Positions 1 to 13,087 of a stretch of DNA of 64,000 nt are shown piece by piece. The stretch is from Fimbriosthenelais zetlandica (Eukaryota). Within the stretch, counting starts at the first letter, position 1; each line of letters begins with the position of its first letter. The stretch covers positions 17,298,001 to 17,362,000 of the forward strand of contig OZ365115.1 in NCBI GenBank assembly GCA_977030845.1, given 5' to 3'. A program made the translations under genes and the position numbers. The notes beneath the pieces are model-generated. The model searched no databases, was not told where the DNA came from, and saw nothing but the letters and a program-made list of their open reading frames with translations.

Positions 1-536
1 TTGCTTTTTGGTTTCTATTAATGTCAATGGATTCCCAGATAGCATTCCCCTATACTATGGCTTTGATAATGTGACATAATTTCCAAAGTATATCCCACTG
101 CCAGATTAGGTTGATATCACGGTTTCAAACGCGTTATTCTGCCATTTACTGTTTATACAATCTTAAGTAGGGGCTTAAAAACGGGCAGATTGTGAATTAA
201 TAAGACCTGTACATTATAATAAAGTGATCAATATCACAAGCCTTAAGCAATTTTTAGCAAGGCTCACCAAAATGTGTAATTGCCTTATATATTAAGTGGC
301 ATATCAAAGTCGCCTTAACATAATCATGATTCAATTAAGCCATGGAGAGACAAGTGCAAGCCCGGAGGCCTATAGAATCAGTGTTATTAATATATTATAT
401 GATTAATATTTTATGTTTTACATTAGTGGATTTTTGATACGGTTAATGTTTTATTCCTAATCTGAGGTAAGTGGGAATGGGATCACCCCCACCCCCACCC
501 CCCACCCCCGGTGGAACTTAGCCAGAGCCTACTTAC

Positions 537-596
537 TGTGGCCAGGCGGTCGATGCTCCCGTATATTGCGTGCTTGTGGTTGACTCCGAGAAGAAA
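537..596 (-). CDS. dvl: Probable dvl linker exon ([19 protein letters not shown])
   Basis: ctag acceptor and A|gtaagt donor; 60 bp, phase 1-1, compatible with exon 6167-6085. Basic His/Arg composition like the Dvl basic region. Confidence 0.65.
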
Positions 597-3500
597 CTAG
601 GCGTCCAAAATAAGGGAAACAACAACAAAAAGGTAAAAGGAACATCCAGAAGAAGAAGCAAATGAGGTAAATCAAAAGGAAAAAGAGCGTGCAAGTCTGG
701 TTTGAAAATATCTGGTACTTCAGCCGGTTATTTTCATGTTTTTGTGAAGATGAAATGAGATAAAAGTATTTCAAAAGTGATGTGGACGGGAGCTTAGAGT
801 AAAATTCATTTTACTCTAAGACGGGAGACAGATGTATCAGAACAAATATGTCAGAGCTAGAGCTAGGTCAAAACAGGTGGTGCGTGGAACTCAGTGAATG
901 AAAGAGAAAGTGACTAGTGTCAGAGGTTTTTTCAATAAAAAGGATTTAAATGATAATTTATTTCTTAAATTCAGAAAGGATCGGGGTGTTACTAGGCTGA
1001 ATTACCAATTCATTTTCTGCGTTTACATGCTCTATTTATTTCTATCTTTTATTCAATATCAATGATCATGCAAAAAGAACTATGACCTTTCATATACTAG
1101 ACTTGGCATAAATCGACACAAGATCTATTAACAAAATGTTACATGCATATTTGCCCCCGAACTATTTAAAATTTAGTACCCCAGAGCGCTCTTTAAAACT
1201 CGAGTAGGGATTGGGAAGGTCATAAGAGCGAGTATTCTGGGTCAAGAAATCATGACATGAGTTCTCAAGGTTAACAGGTTAACCCAGATGAATACTAATT
1301 ATCAACAGAATTTCTTTGTCTGAGAAACCAATTGACATTCTTATAAATGTATCTTAAATTAAGCCTAATTGTGACCTGTATATGCTGTGAAATTATTGAA
1401 ACTAAGACACTAACATAGCCCGATTTTAGGCCTGGCAGTTTCCTATACATGTACACTGGAAAATGGAAATCTGTTTCCCATGGCTGAGGAACCTATGCAT
1501 TGATATTGTTGCAATACACAATACACAAAAATGAGGGGAATGAGAGAAAATTAGAAGAGGAAATACTAATTTTTTAGTGAGATACTTGCCATGACCAGAA
1601 TCAGAACTGACGTCAGAGTCACTGTCATACATACTGACACTATCAACATTATCGTCATACTCAACGTCAGTAAAGTGCCCCTCATCCCCCGCCCATGACG
1701 TCTCTTTTCTGACGTTTCCTTGTGATTTTGGGGTATATGAGATGCGGGTGCTTTGGAGAACACCCCCCGTTCTCTGGACCACCCCCGGATTGGGATCTGC
1801 CCCGGTACATTGTCCTACAAGACAGATCCCTAGAGAGTCTTTAGTTTGTATGCTTCTCACCATCACCTGCACCTTCACCATAATGGCATTTTTCTCCTTA
1901 AATCGTATCCAATTTACACCTTAGAAGAATGCCCTGAAGCCTCCAAAAGTATTATTTAAAGCACAGCTTGTGCAATTATCCCAGTGAGAATCTACCAGTG
2001 AAAGTTGGGCCAAATTCCCACGACTTCCTCAGATGTGCTACCCATCCTAATGATATTCGTTTCTCAAGTATTTATGGTATTTTTCCAGTGACCTCCACAC
2101 TTAACATTGAGGTATATGGGGGCATTTTGAGTTGACAGTCATTTATCAAGTGTGGGATAGAACATGGAACCGCCACATGCCTGTTGACAGTGAATGTAAC
2201 TAGTACAGTGGAGCAGGTAGGAAATGGTTAATACACAACACAAGTCCCGGGTTTGGCAGGCGTCCAAAAGCCTTTGTCACTGACAGCTTTAATTCCAACT
2301 TTAAAGCCAAGAATAGACCGATTTCAATCCTTCCATCCAAGACAAAGAGAGCCTATATATTCCAATCACAAACTCCAATGAAAATCTTTAAAATCTTAAA
2401 TGCTTAATCACCGGTACATTATCTCCAAATCAGGTGGCAATTTGACACAATCAAAATATTATTCCATGGTACAACCTTGGGCCCTTATATCTAAAATCCT
2501 TAGGTTAAAATCCATCTGGCCACTTGGAGAGCACACTTCTAACGTCCGGTCCTTTCAGACAGAAGAGAAAGCAGAGATGGTCTTATTCTCCAGCCATTAG
2601 CCTGGGGACATATCTCCCACAGTGGTCCTATATATACACCTATCTCTGTATGTATACATCCCTTGGTTTTACTACCTCCTTCCCATGGTCTGAGCTGTCT
2701 TTTTACAAGTCAAGATCAACCTCTATGTATAAGGTGTGTGTGGGTTCGTGTGTCTATGGGTGGGTAGTGGATGAGAAGTTGAAGTCTCTAGAGCCTCTGG
2801 CTAGGAGGATGTGTATTGCATGAAAGATGCTATCCCAACCCATACAAATACACATACATGGGTGGGTTCATTTTTGCCTAATGCTTACAAAGCCTGCAAT
2901 GTATACACACGCCCGAATACATACACATGTATATACACAGTGTCTTAAGTGACTTGGTTTTCCAACCTTAGAACTCCAGTCTTAATAGTCCATGCAACAC
3001 TACAGACCTCCCTTGACTGTGAAAGCACTTGATCCTGTCAAGGTTTGGAGAGTATAGGACACTAGGAAGAGGGAGGGGAGTTGAGTCAGTTGAAGTCTAA
3101 TACCAGAACACCTATAGAGTTAGTAGTAACGGAACCATCCCAGGTGGTCCAAGTAAATCCAATTCCCACAAGGCAGTCTTAATTACTGTCTTTAACTGTT
3201 TTTCACAAATTTCTCTCCACTGGGGCAACCTTACTCCTTACAGACCTATCTAGGAATGATTGGGGTGAGGGAAGAGTCGGGGATGTGTAGGTAAATTTTG
3301 GGGGCAACTAGAATGCCCGCAGGCAGAAAATATATAGGGAGTCGGGAGTAGACCTTAATAATACCTCTCCTCTCCCTCGCCATGTATTCAGTCCAACAGT
3401 AAACCTAAACACTCCTCCCCCTTCTCCTTGCTGAAAATAAGCTGCTTCACTTCGAATGGCAGAGAAAGAAATCCAGCCCAAGCCTTTAAACGGAAGACAA

Positions 3501-6500
3501 GAATCACAACCTATGTTCTCCCAAACACAACAAGTGGAGCCAGTCTTACATAAGACTACTAGATAATTAGTCGATGGTCTCTTTACCTTTCAGCAGATGG
3601 CTGGCAGGTAGGAATGTATGGTAATGGGCCATTGTAAAGTCCATAATGGCCTGCAAGGAACCATCAAGCGACAATATTTTGCTTCAATTATATAAGAGAA
3701 AGGACACAAAGTAATAGCTTCCGGGCATCGTTGGTAGTTTTTACAATTTCGATGGTCAATCGACCTGGACAAATAGTTTTTTTGTGGACTCATGCATGGC
3801 AATGAATGAGAGAAATCCACCAAAAGGAGAATGGAGGAAGTTGAGGGATGCGTTCACAAATTAGCAGGGAAGGGACACGACTGGGTGGTTTAAATAATGT
3901 ATATATTTAATCTTTAATCTCTTTCAGCGACCTTCTGCTTTTGAGACCCGCATGTCTCCTCAGTATTTGAGTCATTCTCTTTCTCTCATTTACTGCGCAA
4001 TTGGTATATTTTTCACTCCAAATAAATGTGTTGGAGGAGGCGTCGAAGTCAACATTTCTATTCAAAGATAGTGACATTTTCCACCCAAAAAGACTGACGT
4101 TATCAAATCACTTTCATCAAAAGCCCAATAAAATTAGAGATACCATCTCTATTTTAAATCTGAACATATGCAACCCATGAAGTTTTATTGAAATTCAAGG
4201 ATTGGATTTGTGACATTTAGATCGTCACTCAAGTAAATGTCTTGGAGGAAGCGTCAATGTAAACATTTCTGTTCAAAGATAGTGACATTTTCAACCCAAA
4301 AAGACTGACGTTATCAAATCACTTTCATCAAATTATCAAATAAAATCATCAAATATTAAAGCAACCCATGAAATTTCATTGAAATTCAAGGATGGAATAT
4401 GTGACATTTTCAATGGCATTTTAAAGCAGCGATAACATCTTAATATCCTCCAACTGTTGTGAAATGTCTGAGTGGGGGCCACTTATACAATAAACCACTA
4501 ACGACCTCCCCAGGCTTGATCCCCAGTACGGAGGCCTGATAAAGCAAAGAATGGCCGAGCTTCAGTGTTCAGATTACAGCCTTTAAGCCCCTCAGGTCTC
4601 AACCAAGGTAGAGATAATATCTCCCTTACCTGGGGCACTGAAAGCTGCTAGTGTAGAGAAATAAGCCAAGTGTGTATAATGAAACACTTTGACATGAAAA
4701 CACTTCAGTAACTTCTGTTAAAATTAGCATGTGCGGTTTAAGCCAGATGTGATGGTCTTTTGACAGGATCTTGGTTTATGGAGTGACACTAAGTATACCA
4801 GAGTCTGTCAAAGGACCAATGTTATTGTCAAGTTATCCAACGCCTTTTTCTTTTCTTACAAAATGGTGTAAGATTCATGGATTTTCGTTTCTTACAAAAA
4901 AATGAAATCATGGATTTTGAAACATCTTTGACGAGTTGCCATAGTATACATTGGAGTGAGTGATTTGGGTGTGTCAGTTTTTTTGACAATTTGGGTGTTT
5001 ATATAGATCAGTAGGTTGGGAATGTATCTGCATTGGAAGGAGACTCGGGACATAAAACAAAAATATCCACTATCAAGGGACGGAGCACAGATTGAACGGG
5101 CCATATAGGTCAAATGTAAACCGACCTTGCACACATATATATGTGTTTAGTCAGGCTTCTTTATAATAAGTAATCCCTAAATCTGGGTCTCCCAACAAAC
5201 CAACCACTATAAGTGACCCATTGTTGTGGTGCTCTAGCCATGTCACTGATGTGTAGGTGCTGTGATGCAGAGACAAATCATATACATGGTAGAATGCTGG
5301 GCTCGCTCTACCCGATCTCACTGTCGCAATTTGCGAATAAAAATGCTACTTTGCTAAGAGAAAATGACTGTTATTCGCTAATTTTGCGAAATAAAAATCA
5401 CACCTAACCACCGCAAAATCACACAAATATGAAGGAGTTGAAGGAAAAATCCAACTAGCAATGTTTCCTTCAAATTGACATCTGCTAATGCCAACTGCAA
5501 ATTGCTAAAAGAAATTTGGTGTCTTTAGCACTTTTTGCTAAAAGAAATTTGTGGTTAGAATTAGCCCAGGAATGATATGTATATGATCGTTCATACCGAT
5601 GGTGGCATATCACACACACACAGTGTGCACATGATTTAGTATGGGGTCAGCAGCCCATAGTATGAGACTGACCAGTCCATCTAGGTAATGGGTCAATTCA
5701 GCCGATGGTCAGTTAGGTCAGAATGAGTGCTGCCCCGACCATATGACAATAGTGACAATAGCACCACACTGCATGATTCAATGCTAAAGATCAATTTGAT
5801 TTTCAAGACCTTCAATGGTCTATATAAATTATTGCATCTTTTTATCTAACCAATGTTATACTTTGGGTATTTGACACTCAAATGTTATACTTTGAGTATT
5901 ATAAAATTTCTGCATATTCGTAAATATGCCAAGCGCTCTGGAAATGTGTTTTGGGGCAAATATTCATGCAAAAACAAAGGATATTGTAACTAACTAACTG
6001 ACACTGACTAACACGATCAAATGTTTTGAGAACTAAGCACGAAATAAAATTATAAACTGACACAAGGATGTCATATAAACTCACCTCTTCTGGAGCTCAT
6101 TAAAGATTCTGTTTCTGTACATGTGTCACAAGTCTCATTGTCCAAGTCTCTGGTAGATGCGTTGGCACTTAAGAGGAAAAAAATTATTATAGATTAATTA
6201 TTATATCTTGAGACGATCATCTTTAAATTCAATTAAAGCATTCAAACATGGCTTAAAAAAGTACATTGTAAATTGGTCACTAAATGGACCATTTTTAGTG
6301 GGAGATATCTCGATTGTAAACATTTCTTGGTCAATTTCAAGAGTATCTTCCTCTCCTATAATAAAATGACCAAAAAATTGCAAAATAAATTGACCCACAG
6401 TAACTGTTTCATTAAAAACAACGCTTTAAAAATATTTATAAAAAAATAAAAATTAATTTTTGATACATACACATGTATGCATTGTTGTATTGTTTTACAT

Positions 6501-9500
6501 TAATCTTCAAACTAAAATTAAATTTACACAGTATATAATTAATTTATACTCACTGGAAAGAAGGGGGTCTGCTGTCACCTATACCCCCGACCCTTTCTGT
6601 GGGAGGGGGTACGTCTCCCGCCTGTGACTCGGTACATTGTGATTGAGTATCTGATGCACTATTTTCGGCAGCCACAAGCTGAAAAAAAAACACAAATAAA
6701 TTTATAAAATCAGTTTTATAATATAAAGAAGTCAGGATAATTCAACTTCAGTTTAAAATGGCACAATATGAACTGCTAATTTGTAATATTTTTTCTAAGA
6801 CTAAGATAGCATAATGAAAACGTCTTAGGTGTTCAAAATACTTGTCATTAACCTCTTCCAAAGAAACCTACTTGCTAGTATAGATGATAATAATGAAGCT
6901 ATAATAGGCCTATTATAATCTTTCCACTAGCTCAGACCCCAATTGTCTTTGGATAATAACAGAAAAGAGCCTTTTTTGCCAATATAAATTTACACCAAAA
7001 CGATAACCAATTACCATACAGCTTAAGTATAGGTTACCTGACCATTTAGGCCTACCTACCGCAGAAAACCCATTATAAAAACTCTAATAGTATAAATATC
7101 TCAGGTTTTCTTAGATAACAGTTATATTCAAGATAGTGAAATGTACAAGTAGTGCTAGCAGTTTTCGAAGAAACCCATGTGTTAAGCACATTTAACTCTA
7201 AATCGTAGATTTAGCTCAGCACCCTAGCCTCTACTGCCAATGCACTTGTATATTTATGCAATCACATGTAGTCACCCACACGAAGTAACCCTTGTGTGCA
7301 TAGATAAAGAACTTTTCTTCTACTGCAAATTTTCAAATTTCATAACGACATTTTTCTCACACAATGTACCGTGTGCATATCTGGCCTTGTATGTAACTAA
7401 GCCACTAACTAGCCTTGCAACCTAAATCTTTTCACAAGCCAAAATAACAGACAATTTCCCTGACATTTACGAGCCTTTAAATTAAACTGAATAGTTGGAT
7501 AGCCATCTAAATGCAGGGTTAAAGACCCCCAAGATTTAACTCCACTTCGTGTCTTTGCCAAGATCGCCATCTGGAGTTTACACGTTGAAATAGAAACGGG
7601 AATGGGGTCACCTGGTGGGAATTAACCAAGGCATCCGTTAAGTCGATTTGTTCTTGTTGTTTTAGCTGGTGCCAAGGTGCACGGGACCCCGGCCAGACCA
7701 TCCCACCCCATCCCTCCTCCTCCTCCTCCTATTTCTCCACCCCACGAAAAATCCCTATATACTGGATGCAGAAAAACTTCTCAGCACATGTGTTCCCATT
7801 ATGGATACAATGTTTTCCTACCGGTGACTCAGTTCATATGAGGGTAATCAGAACTTAATAACTTTCTAAAAACTGGATTAAAATGGACGATTTATTTATT
7901 TAAACTTTGATTTTTGTTTCGTTGGCGTGATACCCCAATACAAGGGAGTTGGCCAACTAATATTCCAAATCCAAATCGTCCTTTAACAAAAGGTGTGAGT
8001 TTGGGCAGTGGTAAAAAATAAAGGACTGGACTGGGTATAGGAGTTGTTAGACCACCTACTGGTGACCTAGGGTGAGGGGGGTTGCTCGGGGTGGGCGTGG
8101 GGTAGGGGGGGGGGGGGGGGTGAGTTCACTAACTGCTCAGAGATGGGTGAGTAAAATCCTTGTGATGAACTGATGATGCGTTCAGTTACAGACCCATAGA
8201 GTTCCATGGTAGTAGGTGGGTGTGTATATGGGACTGCCCACTGTGATATGGCACTGTTAAATCATTACGTCGGCTCATTTAACCCAGCAATAATATTCAC
8301 TACTTGGTTCATACTGGAGAGCCTTTTGTTAAGTATGTGGGATATTTCAAATGGGACATATATTAGATTATGTAATTTTTAGAAAAATATTTCATGCAGT
8401 ATAATTAACCCGGTATCGCATCGCATTTTGTGATGTAATTTGATGTATTTGCGATAAAAAATCAAATTGGTATCGCATTCTTCAGGTGGCAAAACAGAGC
8501 GATTCAAAATCGCTGGATTGGATTCTGATTTTCAAACAAATTATAAATACCAGGGCTGTATTGTTTTGATTTACAATTTCGTTTATGAAGGCAATTTAAG
8601 ATTTGATGTTTGATGTGGATTTTCATATCTATACAAGTAGGGGGAGTGATATATTTTGGTTTCTGAAGGGGATACCACTTAATAAAACTGTTCACCTGGT
8701 TCCCAGGGTTTACAGCAACTTATAATATAATCGCTTGATCCAAAGCCGTTCAAATGTTGACATTATGTTCTTCCAATCAAATTCAATTGACAATCTTATC
8801 AATACGAGTTTTTGATTTGATCTTCAGCAGTACTTAAACATTATCAGCAACCATATTTTTTTTCTCTATAATCTATTAGTCAACGACATCTGGTTGTCAT
8901 AATATATTTTATGAAATCCTACCAACCACACTGCGTTCACTTAAATTAATGTAACTCTTTAAAGTTGTAAAATCCTAAGGCTTAGGTTATTAATATTAGG
9001 ACATTTGGTATTTTCAATGAATAGATTGAGATTATAAGAACTTACCCATGAGACAACACGCCCGTTTATCCGCGGTAAATTTGTTTCATCATCAACGATC
9101 TCCTCTTTGACAACGCTGAAATAAATTTAAAAATATATAAATTCAAGATTTTTATACTTTAAGAGTTTTTCATTTTCAACGCGAGTTAAGGTGATGTCAG
9201 CAGTTGATAGTTTGGAGGGTAGCTATATAGGCTATTTTTGGCATCAGTATCAACTGTTAGTTTCGATATAAAACAAATGGAAATCTACATTTTCTAAAAT
9301 CATCTGAATGAAAAACATTACTGTTAGTTAGCTACTGGGGGCTTAGTATTTAAAATAGTACATGACAATTTGGCAAGAGTTATTTCTATTAGTTCTATAG
9401 GTTGCACTCTGCTTTTGAAGTAGGTCCATTGTCTCACATTTGAATTGAAGGGTATCAAAGGATATATCTAACAGAAGGCAACACACAATAGGCCCATAGG

Positions 9501-11014
9501 CTTTTGGAGTCCATATATATACGGACAAGAGCGATTAGTCTTAGCTTTAGAAAGTAGAAACTGAGACCATGAGATTCAGTTCAGGAACTTGTAGGCAAGA
9601 ATATCACATTTCACATATTATTTCCCTGGTCACTCTATGATGACTCATTCGACAGTTACAGATTCAGAAAGTCCTTACAATATTGATCTAGGTTGTTTTT
9701 AAACAAATAGTATTTCAATTTTTCAATAACTTTGAGTATGGAAAATGATTTAATAAACTGTGTGCACACACTGTGTAAATGGAACTAATTATTTTGCCAG
9801 TTTCATGCAATTAAGGTAACTAAGGTATCTTAAATATAATGTATATTTAATACATTCAGGTTCATCATTAGCTATAAATTAAATAATGGGAATTATTATA
9901 AATTAAATCATGATGGATGATTGTTACACTCCAGAAAACAGTTTAAATTGTCAAGCCTCGTAATTCTAGGGTTATAGCCCAGGGGTCATCTTGGTCTAAA
10001 TTTAGCACCCAAATCTAAATAATGTATTCCAAACAATCCAAGTGGTGGTGGGGGATGGGAGTAGTGGTTAACATCCTAATTTAGGATTGTGTGTATTGGC
10101 AGTCACTTAATGATGTCTAAAACCAACACAGCTTCACAGATTTGAAAGTATAATCAATCTGCCGGGCAAAATGCCAAAAATTGGCCCAGGCAAGGAGGCT
10201 GAAGGGGTGCCAAGCCAAAACCTGAGAACTGATGCATGGCATTGACATTCAGTCCCAATTTTATTGATGCTGTGGTGCAAGAAAAAAATCACAATAAAAG
10301 ATCCCTTGCTCCATTCTTTGAATTTGTTACAAAATAATTAACCCTGGGATGTATAAAAAGCATGACAGCCCACGCATGATGAAGTTGGGAAGGTATGGCA
10401 GGACAGAGACTGAGACTAGTGAAAGAGACTTGGCAAAATGTGTATTGGAGGGAATAAACTAACGTCAAAATTGGCGGCATTGGACATTCAATTTCGGTGT
10501 TAGATAAGATTGAAAACAAAGGAATGTTTCCCATATTATTGCTGAGCCTGGGAGGCGCGATTTTGGGTCAATGTGATGTGAATTTTCAGGTGAATATTTC
10601 TAGTCTTGGTCCGGGACTATGCATCATCATCATCGGTCAGCCAGCCAAATTATGGTCCCCATCGTTCATGGTTCATCTGCTGACATGACCATCTCCCGAA
10701 AAATAGCAACATATGGCCAATAAAGCCACCTGAAGCTGCCATTTGATCAGATTTAGTAGGCTACAACATGCCTAGATGGCGATTTAATCCCAATCCTGGC
10801 AAGGCGACAAAAGGATGAGACGATCTCGAGACAAAATCACATTTGTTCCTTACCCAAAATCGTCGTCCATAGATTTGAAGAAGAACTTGTAGTTTGGCCG
10901 ATTAAGAGCATTCTTAAAATCCCCCAAAGTAACTCTGTCGGCGGGGATTGGTAGCTTGATTAGGTAGGGAGTTTCTTCATCGTCAATATGGTATATAATC
11001 TTCGTCTCCTCCAT
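537..11014 (-). CDS. dvl: Dishevelled, 5' part (DIX domain and basic/Ser-rich linker); PDZ/DEP exons expected beyond the left edge
   Basis: Exons 11014-10854 ([22 protein letters not shown]...[11 protein letters not shown], Kozak tccgccATGG), 9115-9046 ([23 protein letters not shown]), 6678-6554 (LVAAENS...[15 protein letters not shown]) and 6167-6085 ([28 protein letters not shown]). All have AG/GT boundaries and compatible phases (2,0,2,1). Probable further exons are 1919-1590 and 596-537. Confidence 0.96.
1590..1919 (-). CDS. Candidate dvl cassette or alternative first exon (110 codons) with a GC donor
   Basis: Open frame [36 protein letters not shown]...QRTGGVLQS...[15 protein letters not shown]. 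Acceptor attcttctaag at 1921-1920, donor CATG|GCAAGT at 1589. 330 bp, phase 1-1. An in-frame ATG lies at 1881. Confidence 0.5.
4023..4412. repeat. Tandem duplication, about 210 bp unit, 2 copies
   Basis: The block ...ttcaaagatagtgacatttt..acccaaaaagactgacgttatcaaatcactttcatcaa...gcaacccatgaa...gaaattcaagga occurs twice. Confidence 0.85.
8397..8550. mobile_element. Degenerate copy of the CAGGGTATAATTT-TIR MITE
   Basis: Shares ggtatcgcatcgcattttg...gatgtaatttgatg...attcttcaggtggcaaaa with the full copy at 23257-23425. Confidence 0.7.
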
Positions 11015-11129
11015 GGCGGAGGGGCTCGTAAAATCCACAATTTGGAACAATAATACTCTCTGTCTGTACAAGATGGCCGCGGCTGAATATTTTCCTCGGT
11101 GTCCGCATTCAAATATGGAAATAGTGGGC

Positions 11130-11930
11130 ACCGTCAGGGGGTCCGATTGATTGGGAAATGGCACGCCGGTAAGAAGTAGAGGACAATGTCGAAGTGGGCA
11201 AATATGTAGTTAAACGCATTAAAATCCACATGAAAATGTTGCTTGTGATAATTTAGGAATTATAAGGAGGAAAGTGGGTATTTTAGTTGGGGAAATGAAG
11301 TGGTAGGTGTACTATGACACATGAGGTTCTTGTAAGGGTCTGATGCCTAAAAGCTTACGGCCCCCAGACACCGCTCACTCATACTGGCTGTTAGCACAGG
11401 TGTGAGACATGGCCACTAGGTTATTAACAATTATATAAACACCCCCATAGCCTAGTTAATATACCCAACTGACATCCTATATAAGTCCAAATAATGTCCA
11501 TAGTCAATATGCTTCAAATAGACACCACAAAGTTTCATAAAATCTTGTTAATTAAAACAATTCTCAGCTAAAGCAAGAAGGTGATGCAGATTTACTGGAA
11601 CAGCCGAAAACAAAGTGCTGAATGATTTCTAATTATTAAAATATCTTTGACCCTCCAACAAATAGAAATTGTCATGTTTCCTATTTGCTTCACACAATAG
11701 AAACTTATTTTCTACTGATTTATTTTGTATGATCTTAATTCGGATTTGCGAAATGATGAATAAAGGACCAATCATGGGTCGCCTCTCGCTTCAGCTCGGG
11801 GCTAAACACGTCAAAATGGCAGTCTTTCCTGATCGTCAGCAAACACAAAATTAAAAGAAAACGTCAAATGTAGAAGCACGGGAGCCAGTTTAGGATTAAT
11901 TTATCTCATCTACCCAAGACTGGGTAACCG
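11130..11930. promoter_or_regulatory. Putative bidirectional promoter region between dvl and mib2, including a probable non-coding mib2 exon 1
   Basis: CCAAT-like boxes near 11147 (gattgg) and 11768 (ccaatc), YY1-like aaaatggc near 11814, CpG-richer patches at both ends, and a possible donor tgg|gtaacc near 11924. The two genes point away from each other. Confidence 0.5.
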
Positions 11931-13087
11931 GTTAGTATATTCTAATATTTACTTTTCTACTGTAATTATTTGTTTTTGTGTTATCTCCTTGTTTATGTCC
12001 TCCGTGTCCCCAGAACTGTACAATTCCAAGTCTCAGACTCAGGAGGAGGAGGAGAGATGGGGAAACAAGACCTTGTACTTTGGTAGTTTATTTCTCCCCT
12101 GGAGAACACCTTTCCTTCACAACCAACCCCTGGTATATAAAAGTGTGTTCCTATTATCTAAGCGGAGTAATTTATTTTTTAATTTAATCTTAATCACGGA
12201 TATTGATTAAAGAAAGTTAAATAATTTCCTCTCTTTCTCAAAGTTTAGTTAGACATGTCATTGGTCTTGGAGCAAGATCTTCAAATTAGAACTTTGAAGG
12301 ATAAAGCTAAAGGACTCTCAATACACATCTTTCATAAAGGGTGTTGGACCAGTCATATACGTACATGTGTCTTATATTATAACTTATTACACATGATTTC
12401 TACCTATCTTAAATCTACTTATTATCTACCTAGTTTACTTTAATAGGTACCGTACTAAATTAAAGAAATCTATAATTGGGGGCGGGGACAGAGGGAGGGA
12501 TGGGGTGGAGGTCAAAGAAATAACTGATGCCTCAAATTAGCTATCAAGTGACAGTCAGAATTCAAAGTAACCCCAGAGACCATGACTCTTGCTAACAAGA
12601 ACCATCCCATAAAAGGACTGTAGAGAGACAGAGTTTCTCGGGCTAAATTCAAAGTAAAACAAAAAGTTGATAAAGGAACACGATTTCAGTTTTGAGTTTC
12701 ACAAAGGAAAACTTTTAAAAATTACCACCTATATGCTCACAATATGTAGCCTCGGCCTATGCAGAAGAAACCCTAACATAAGCAACATGCTAGTATCAAA
12801 CAAACTAAATTGAATATATTCAAAATTTGGTAATACCTTATACTATCCCAATAAAAGAAATACCGGTACCTAAAATCCTGTTGCCAGTGCATATTTCTAT
12901 ACAAATTTTAATAAATTCTGTAGCCTATAATATTATCAGCTTTTATTTTATTTTCCAGATAAATCGTATAACTGTGCGTGCTGGAAAAAGGAGTCAGCTG
13001 TCAGAGATTGGCGTTTCTTCTCACGGCACAACTGTGAAGCCAAAGGGACTGAGGCACTGTCAGGTGCCTGATATAGGCACCGCTACC

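Noticed and set aside
11015-11164. ORF-track N-terminal extension of Dvl (MPFPNQ...)
   Set aside because: It begins at GTG. The conserved MEETK ATG at 11014 has an ideal Kozak context, so this is 5' UTR.
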